A DNA stretch of 64,000 nt from Gemmatimonadota bacterium (lineage in GTDB: Bacteria > Gemmatimonadota > Gemmatimonadetes > Gemmatimonadales > Gemmatimonadaceae), in NCBI GenBank assembly GCA_947462095.1, contig CANHNQ010000001.1:12929-76928 (forward strand). The letters run 5' to 3'. How positions within the stretch are numbered: the stretch's first letter is position 1; each line of letters begins with the position of its first letter. A program made the translations under genes and the position numbers. Below are positions 58,317 to 64,000 of this stretch, piece after piece. The notes beneath the pieces were generated by a model. It did not search any database, was not told the DNA's origin, and worked only from the letters and a program-made list of their open reading frames with translations.

Positions 58317-59486
58317 CTACCGCCGCGCCAGCAAACGGGCAATGAGCCGGTCGCGATCAGCGCGACGTAGACGGGCATGCGTGGGCAGTGTGTGCAACGT
58401 CTCGGCGAGCTCTGCCGCTCCGTGCAGGGGTTCTGCACCCGCTTCGATGCTCGTGGCGAGTTCCGGATACTGCGCCAGCGTTCGCGGATACGAACGCGCG
58501 ACGCCCAGTGCTCGCAGCGTGACGCCGATCTCCGGGGGAAGCCGTACCGGATACCGGAGTGCGCCGGAGTGCATGTCGGCTCCTGCCACGCAGAGCCGTA
58601 GTCCTGTCGCGTGCCGCAGAGCCTCCGCGTACTGGGTCTCTACCCGTCGTCGGGCGGTCAGGTCGTCGGCCTCGCGACCGATGGCCTCCACCAGCAGCGC
58701 GGCGGATGTCGCGCTGATCGCCCGCGGAACGCCGGCCGTGTGGTGCACGGTCTCTCCCAGGCGGAGTGCGGGGACGGCATTGGGCAGCCAGTACAGCCAC
58801 GGCCTCGACAGCAGTTCGCCGGCTGCCGCCTTGGCCAACGCCACGCTAGACAGCATCGGCGCGTCGCCGTCGGCCATGCGCACAGGCCATGCCGAGCCAC
58901 GCTGCAGCACCGCACCGCCACCGCCAGCGTTGAATCCTTTACCGCGACCGAAGCTCAGGATCGACCAGTCCGCGAGCGCTCCGCCGCGAACCCCACCCTT
59001 GGTTCCGCCCGCTTGCTGCGCCGCGTCCTCGATCACGAGTGCGCCGTACGGCCGCGCGAGTTCGATGATCGCGCCGATGTCCACGATCCACCCGAACAGA
59101 TGCACGGCCACCACGTGCGAACATCCCGCGTCGAGGCACCGCCGAAGCGACGACAGATCGGGGGAGAGCGTTTCCGGATTCGTGTCGTAGAGCATGATGC
59201 GATAGCCGGCACCCACCGCAGCCGCGCCGACATCGGGGCATGCGTACGCCGGCACGGCGACGAGCGGTGCTCGGCCACTGGCCGGGAGGGTGAGGCGGAG
59301 CGCCAACAGCAGCGCTGAGGTCCCGCTGTCGGTCAGCGTTATTGCCCGATCGGGGTACAGTCTGGCGAGACGCTCCTGGGCGGCGAGACGCAGTCGAGGT
59401 GCGCCGTTACCCAGCTGGTCGCGGGCCGCGCGCCAGAGGGCTGACGGGCCGATCGCGGAATACACGGGAGGAATGTGCCGGAACAC
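58317..59486 (-). CDS. DegT/DnrJ/EryC1/StrS-like PLP aminotransferase
   Basis: SGTSAL, PAYACP, VHLFG, IEDAAQ, SFGRGK, TLPTH; start approximate. Confidence 0.85.
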   Translation of the reverse strand: MFRHIPPVYSAIGPSALWRAARDQLGNGAPRLRLAAQERLARLYPDRAITLTDSGTSALLLALRLTLPASGRAPLVAVPAYACPDVGAAAVGAGYRIMLYDTNPETLSPDLSSLRRCLDAGCSHVVAVHLFGWIVDIGAIIELARPYGALVIEDAAQQAGGTKGGVRGGALADWSILSFGRGKGFNAGGGGAVLQRGSAWPVRMADGDAPMLSSVALAKAAAGELLSRPWLYWLPNAVPALRLGETVHHTAGVPRAISATSAALLVEAIGREADDLTARRRVETQYAEALRHATGLRLCVAGADMHSGALRYPVRLPPEIGVTLRALGVARSYPRTLAQYPELATSIEAGAEPLHGAAELAETLHTLPTHARLRRADRDRLIARLLARR

Positions 59487-59635
59487 CGGTATCAACGAGC
59501 CTCGGGAAGCGAACGATCGCGGCGGTGCGGCGGGCGCCCAGCGGGAAATTCCCGCGTTGCCGCCTCCGCGTGGAGTGCGTCTCTCCACGTGTACAGTATG
59601 TTGCATTCTCATTCTGCCAACCCTCTCCGCGACTC

Positions 59636-60817
59636 GTGCCAACGATTCTCCTCACTGACCCCGAACAGCGTGCGGCCTTGGCGGCCGCCCGTTCGTTCGG
59701 CCGGCAGGGATGGCGTGTGATAACGCTCGGCGTCTCACCGGGGCTGGCCGGCGTGTCCCGCTCGGTCGTACGGCATCACCACATCCGTGCTAAGGATGTC
59801 GGCATTGCGTCTCGGCTGATCGCCGCCGTCGCCGATGTCGTCCGGCGAGAGCAGGTCGATGTGGTCGTACCGGTCACGGACGCGGCGTCTCGCGTGCTAC
59901 TCGGCGCGAGCGAGGCGGTCGGTGCCATTGTCGCCGGACCGACGGCGGCCGCCTATGCGAGAGCCAGCGACAAGGCCGCCCTGCTCGCAGTGGCGGCGCA
60001 GTGCGGCCTTCGGATTCCGCGTCAGTTCACCCTGATGACACGTGCTGACGACCACCGCGCCGCCGCGCAGCGATCGGGCGCCGTGGTGGTCAAGCCCGCT
60101 CGCTCCGTGGTCGAGGTGAACGGGGCCTCCCGATCGCTGGGGGTTCGGTTCGTGGCCGATCCGTCACACCTCGGTGTGGTGCTGGCGTCCTATCCGGACG
60201 AGGCCTATCCGCTGCTGGTGCAGGAGCGGACGTTCGGTGACGGAATCGGCGTGTTTCTGCTCCGCTCTGGCGGTCTCACGCAAATGCAGTTCGCCCACCG
60301 ACGGCTGCGTGAGAAGCCACCCGCCGGTGGCGTGAGTACGTATCGCGAAGCCATCGAGCCGCCATCTGCCTTGCTGGCACAGTGCGAGCGACTACTCGAT
60401 GTGCTGCAGTACGAGGGCCCGGCGATGATCGAGTTCAAGCAGGATGGTCACACCGGCGAATTCGTGCTCATGGAGATCAACGCGAGGCTCTGGGGATCAC
60501 TCCAGCTGGCGGTCGATGCCGGCGTGGACTTCCCGGTGGCGTTGGTGCAAATGGCGCTCGGACACGCCATCACGCCGCCGGGCCCAGCGGTGGCCGGCGT
60601 GCGTACCGTGTGGGAACTCGGCGAGGTCGATCACGCCCTGGCGCTGCTTCGCCGGTCCCGGGAAGAGCTGCATGCGCCGAGTACGCTAGCGGTGGGCTGG
60701 AGGGCAGCGCTGCGTGCGTTGGCCGACCACGGCTGGGGCGATCGCCCGGAAGTCTTTCGCTGGAGCGACCCCATGCCGTTCGTCGCTGAACTTTCACGAT
60801 GGCTCCGAGGACGCTGA
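59636..60817 (+). CDS. ATP-grasp domain protein (carboxylate-amine ligase-like)
   Basis: PVTD, SDK, VVKP, LVQE, MIEFK, MEINARLWGS. Confidence 0.9.
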   Translation: MPTILLTDPEQRAALAAARSFGRQGWRVITLGVSPGLAGVSRSVVRHHHIRAKDVGIASRLIAAVADVVRREQVDVVVPVTDAASRVLLGASEAVGAIVAGPTAAAYARASDKAALLAVAAQCGLRIPRQFTLMTRADDHRAAAQRSGAVVVKPARSVVEVNGASRSLGVRFVADPSHLGVVLASYPDEAYPLLVQERTFGDGIGVFLLRSGGLTQMQFAHRRLREKPPAGGVSTYREAIEPPSALLAQCERLLDVLQYEGPAMIEFKQDGHTGEFVLMEINARLWGSLQLAVDAGVDFPVALVQMALGHAITPPGPAVAGVRTVWELGEVDHALALLRRSREELHAPSTLAVGWRAALRALADHGWGDRPEVFRWSDPMPFVAELSRWLRGR

Positions 60818-61993
60818 GTGCTGGAGATTCTTGGTTGGGTTCTGATCGCCGCCCCCGTTGTGCTGGGCGGCTACGCGTTCATTGGGTATCCAGGCATCGT
60901 GTGGCTCTGGTCTCGCCTGCGTCCGGCGTATGCGCTGTCCCCCGATCCTGCCGAGTGGCCGGAGATCAGCATCCTGATCGTGGCCTACAACGAGGAGCGA
61001 CGGTTGCGACGTACGTTGGAGCATGCGCTCGCGACTGACTATCCGGCCGATCGGCTCAACGTGCTGGTGGTATCGGATGCGTCGAGCGATGGCACGGATG
61101 ACCTCGTCCTCACCTACGGCGATCCGCGGGTCCGCCTGCTGCGCATGCCCGAGCGCAGCGGCAAGCCGGCGGGAGAGAATGCGGCCGGCACTATGCTCCG
61201 AGGCGACATCGTGGTGTCGATCGATGCCTCGATTCTGATTCCGCGCGACTCACTCAAGCCGCTGATTCGTGCGTTGCTCGATCCATCGGTCGGGCTCGCG
61301 TCCGGCCGCGACATCAGTGTCGGCGATGAAGCGCGGGAGGGGAACAAGGCCGAGTCGTCGTATGTGGGCCTCGAGATGACGCTCCGCCATCTCGAGACGC
61401 GTGTGCACAGCATCGTCGGGGCAAGCGGCTGTTTCTATGCCAACCGACGACATCTGCAGCAAGTGCAGTTGCCCAACGAGCTCGCGCGCGATTTCGCGGC
61501 GGCGAGTGTGGCGCGGGCGCATGGGTATCGCGCCGTGTCGGTGGATGAGGCGACCTGCCTGGTGCCGCGCACGCCCACGCTCAAGGCCGAATTGCGCCGG
61601 AAGAGTCGCACCATGGGTCGTGGACTCGACACGCTGGTGTATCTGCGGGGCATGATGAACCCGTTCAAGTACGGCAGCTATGCGTTCATGATGGTGTCGC
61701 ACAAGCTGGTGCGGTGGTTGCTGTTCCCGGCGCTGCTGGGCTGGCTGATCGGGCCGTTACTCGTGGCGCGTGCGGCACCGTGGGCGTTGCTCTTGTCGCT
61801 CGGAATGATCGTCGGGCTCGTGGTGGCCCGCCTGGTGATCAGCTGGCCTGATGACCGCCGGTTGCCGCGCATGATTGCACTGCCAGGCTATGTGTTCATC
61901 AGCATCGTGGCCGGATGGATGGCGTGGCTGCATCTCCTGCGCAACGAGAAGAGTGCCATGTGGGAGCCGACGCAGCGACCGGTATCGGCGTGA
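60818..61993 (+). CDS. GT2 family membrane glycosyltransferase
   Basis: AYNEE, SDASSDGT, GK, GASGCFYA, ELRRKSR, SHKLVRW; N- and C-terminal TMs. Confidence 0.9.
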   Translation: MLEILGWVLIAAPVVLGGYAFIGYPGIVWLWSRLRPAYALSPDPAEWPEISILIVAYNEERRLRRTLEHALATDYPADRLNVLVVSDASSDGTDDLVLTYGDPRVRLLRMPERSGKPAGENAAGTMLRGDIVVSIDASILIPRDSLKPLIRALLDPSVGLASGRDISVGDEAREGNKAESSYVGLEMTLRHLETRVHSIVGASGCFYANRRHLQQVQLPNELARDFAAASVARAHGYRAVSVDEATCLVPRTPTLKAELRRKSRTMGRGLDTLVYLRGMMNPFKYGSYAFMMVSHKLVRWLLFPALLGWLIGPLLVARAAPWALLLSLGMIVGLVVARLVISWPDDRRLPRMIALPGYVFISIVAGWMAWLHLLRNEKSAMWEPTQRPVSA

Positions 61994-63096
61994 TGCTCCG
62001 CGTCCTGCACGTGGTGGCCCCCGCGCGTGCGGGCGGGCTCGAAACGGTCGTGTTGCAGTTAACCACCGGGCTCCGCGCCCGCGGCCACGACGCGCGGGTC
62101 GCGACGGTGCTGGACGCTGCCGACGCGGCGTCGCACCCGTTCGTCGAGGCGCTGGAGGAGGCCGGAGTGCCCGTGCACCGCATCGTCGTCGGTACGCGCG
62201 CGTATCGCGCCGAGCGAGCGGCGATCGCGCAGTTGATGCGGGCGAACGATGTGGATGTCCTGCACACGCATGGCTATCGCCCCGATGTCGTGGATGGCGG
62301 TGTGGCGCGATCGATGCATCGCGCGCACGTGACCACGTTGCACGGTTTCGTGGGCGGGAGCTGGCGCGGTCGCGTGTATGAGTGGCTTCAGGTCCGAGCG
62401 GCCATTCGGGCGAGCGCGGCCATTGCGGTGTCGGCGCCGATCGCCGAACGACTGCGGCGGGCAGGTGGTGCAGAGACGACGCATCTGCTGCGGAATGCCG
62501 TGGCGCCGAATGCCGATGCCTTGAGTCGCGAGGCGAGCCGCGCCGCGCTGGCGCTTCCGGCGGACGGGTTGCTGGTGGGATGGGTGGGCCGACTGTCTCA
62601 CGAAAAGGGCCCCGACCTGTTCGTCGAGGCGCTGGCGAAGACGGGCGATCATGTGCACGGCGTATTCGTCGGCGATGGTCCACTGCGGGAGCAGATGGGC
62701 GCGCTCGCCGCCGAGCGGCGCGTCGCGCATCGAGTGCATTTCACCGGGATGCACCCACAGGCCAGTCGTTACCTCGCCGCGTTCGACGTACTCGCGCTCA
62801 CGTCGCGAACCGAGGGAACGCCGATGGTGCTGCTCGAAGCGATGTGGGCTGGCGTGCCGATTGTGGCCACCGCGGTTGGCGGCGTACCGGATGTCCTACG
62901 CACTGGCAACGCACTCCTGTGCCCAGACGGGGATGTGCGAGCCATTGCGGAGGCCGTGAGCCGCATGGCCGCCGAGCCGGCGCTCCGTGCGGCACTCTCG
63001 GAGCACGCGCGCTCCCGTGTGGCGCACGAGTTCGCCCCCGACGCGTGGCTGGATGCGCACACGCAGCTGTATCAGCGGTTTGTGCGCAGCCGATAG
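61993..63096 (+). CDS. GT4 family glycosyltransferase
   Basis: GGLE, HTHG, GRLSHEKG, EGTPMVLLEAM, VGGVPD. Confidence 0.93.
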   Translation: MLRVLHVVAPARAGGLETVVLQLTTGLRARGHDARVATVLDAADAASHPFVEALEEAGVPVHRIVVGTRAYRAERAAIAQLMRANDVDVLHTHGYRPDVVDGGVARSMHRAHVTTLHGFVGGSWRGRVYEWLQVRAAIRASAAIAVSAPIAERLRRAGGAETTHLLRNAVAPNADALSREASRAALALPADGLLVGWVGRLSHEKGPDLFVEALAKTGDHVHGVFVGDGPLREQMGALAAERRVAHRVHFTGMHPQASRYLAAFDVLALTSRTEGTPMVLLEAMWAGVPIVATAVGGVPDVLRTGNALLCPDGDVRAIAEAVSRMAAEPALRAALSEHARSRVAHEFAPDAWLDAHTQLYQRFVRSR

Positions 63097-64000
63097 TCTT
63101 CCTGCTGATCGGGTAGCGTGGGCCCGACGCCGAAGTACTTGCTCTCGGGACGCCAGAAGTACCATCCGCTCACCGATGCGGCCGGATACATCGCAAAGCT
63201 CTCGGTGAGCGTGATCCCCGCGCGCTCCGGCACGCCGAGCAGCGAGAAGAGGGTGCCTTTCTCGGCGTGATCGGGGCATGCTGGGTAGCCCGGCGCTGGA
63301 CGGATACCCTGATAGCGCTCCTTGATGAGCCCCTCGTTGTCGAGCGACTCATTCGCGGCATAGCCCCAGAACTCTCGACGCACACGCGCATGCAGATGCT
63401 CGGCGAAGGCCTCCGCCAGTCGGTCGGCGAGCGCCTGCACCAGAATCGCACTGTAGTCATCGTGCGTCGCGCGATAGTCGGCCGCCAATGCCTCAACGCC
63501 GTGCCCGGTGGTCACGGCGAACGCCCCGACGTAGTCAACCACGCCGCTGTCGCGCGGCGCCACGAAGTCTGCCAAACAATGGTTCGGTCGTCCGTCGCCC
63601 TTCTTGTCGAGTTGCTGCCGCAACATGTGCAGCGTGGCTGCCGGGGTCGTTCGCGAAACATCGGCGTACAACTCAATGTCGTCGCCTACCGTGTTGGCGG
63701 GCCAGAATCCGTACGCTGCCCGCGCCTCGATCCGACCCTCGCGTATCAACCGGGAGAGCATGTCGCGCGCGTCGGCGTAGAGGGTGCGCGCGGTCTCGCC
63801 GACCACCGGATCTTCGAGAATGGCCGGGTAGGACCCGGCCAGCTCCCAGGTCTGGAAGAATGGGGTCCAATCGATGTAGGGCACCAACTCTTCCAGCGGG
63901 TACGCGGAGAGCGTGCGCGGCCCCGTGAACGTGGGCACCGGCACCGGCACCGAGAGATCGATCGGTGCCCGGTTCGCCCTCGCCGCGGCGATGGGTACCA
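63072..64000 (-). CDS. metH: B12-dependent methionine synthase, C-terminal activation domain (5' part off window)
   Basis: YIDWTPFFQTWEL, ALADRLAEAFAE, YQGIRPAPGYPACPDH, LTESFAMYPAASVSG. Confidence 0.96.
   Translation of the reverse strand, partial: VPIAAARANRAPIDLSVPVPVPTFTGPRTLSAYPLEELVPYIDWTPFFQTWELAGSYPAILEDPVVGETARTLYADARDMLSRLIREGRIEARAAYGFWPANTVGDDIELYADVSRTTPAATLHMLRQQLDKKGDGRPNHCLADFVAPRDSGVVDYVGAFAVTTGHGVEALAADYRATHDDYSAILVQALADRLAEAFAEHLHARVRREFWGYAANESLDNEGLIKERYQGIRPAPGYPACPDHAEKGTLFSLLGVPERAGITLTESFAMYPAASVSGWYFWRPESKYFGVGPTLPDQQEDYRLRTNR

Noticed and set aside
1-64000. tRNA, rRNA, integrase or transposase genes
   Set aside because: None recognised by eye; a tRNAscan-SE or ISEScan run would be needed to exclude them fully.

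Overview
GC-rich bacterial chromosomal window. Gene content is reminiscent of Gemmatimonadota, but this is an inference and was not checked by search. The left ~22 kb is housekeeping and accessory: a TetR-TolC-EmrA-EmrB efflux operon, cyclophilin, nth-polX, M42 peptidase, amidohydrolase, fasciclin, YggT, VanZ, acyl-CoA dehydrogenase, an EEP protein and a sigma54-promoter-preceded HExxH lipoprotein. This part carries a family of intergenic palindromic repeats and many apparently leaderless genes (TANNNT-N6-start). A 1.25-kb islet (FkbM fragment plus DXD glycosyltransferase) sits between 36-bp direct repeats. From ~23.8 to 63.1 kb lies a large exosortase-A-associated Wzy-type exopolysaccharide locus (wzc, wza-like, priming transferase, wzb-like, polymerase/ligase, GTs, sigma54 two-component system), ending at a partial metH. 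Its most notable parts are: (1) a candidate carrier-protein-dependent polysaccharide acylation (glycerylation) relay of FkbH, stand-alone ACP, VOC epimerase-like protein, GNAT, MBOAT ending in FLYFQF, and SGNH protein; (2) a c-di-GMP-I riboswitch before an Ig-domain/lyase-like lipoprotein; (3) an intact citrate synthase translationally coupled to polysaccharide deacetylase and FemAB genes. All product calls come from motif recognition only.
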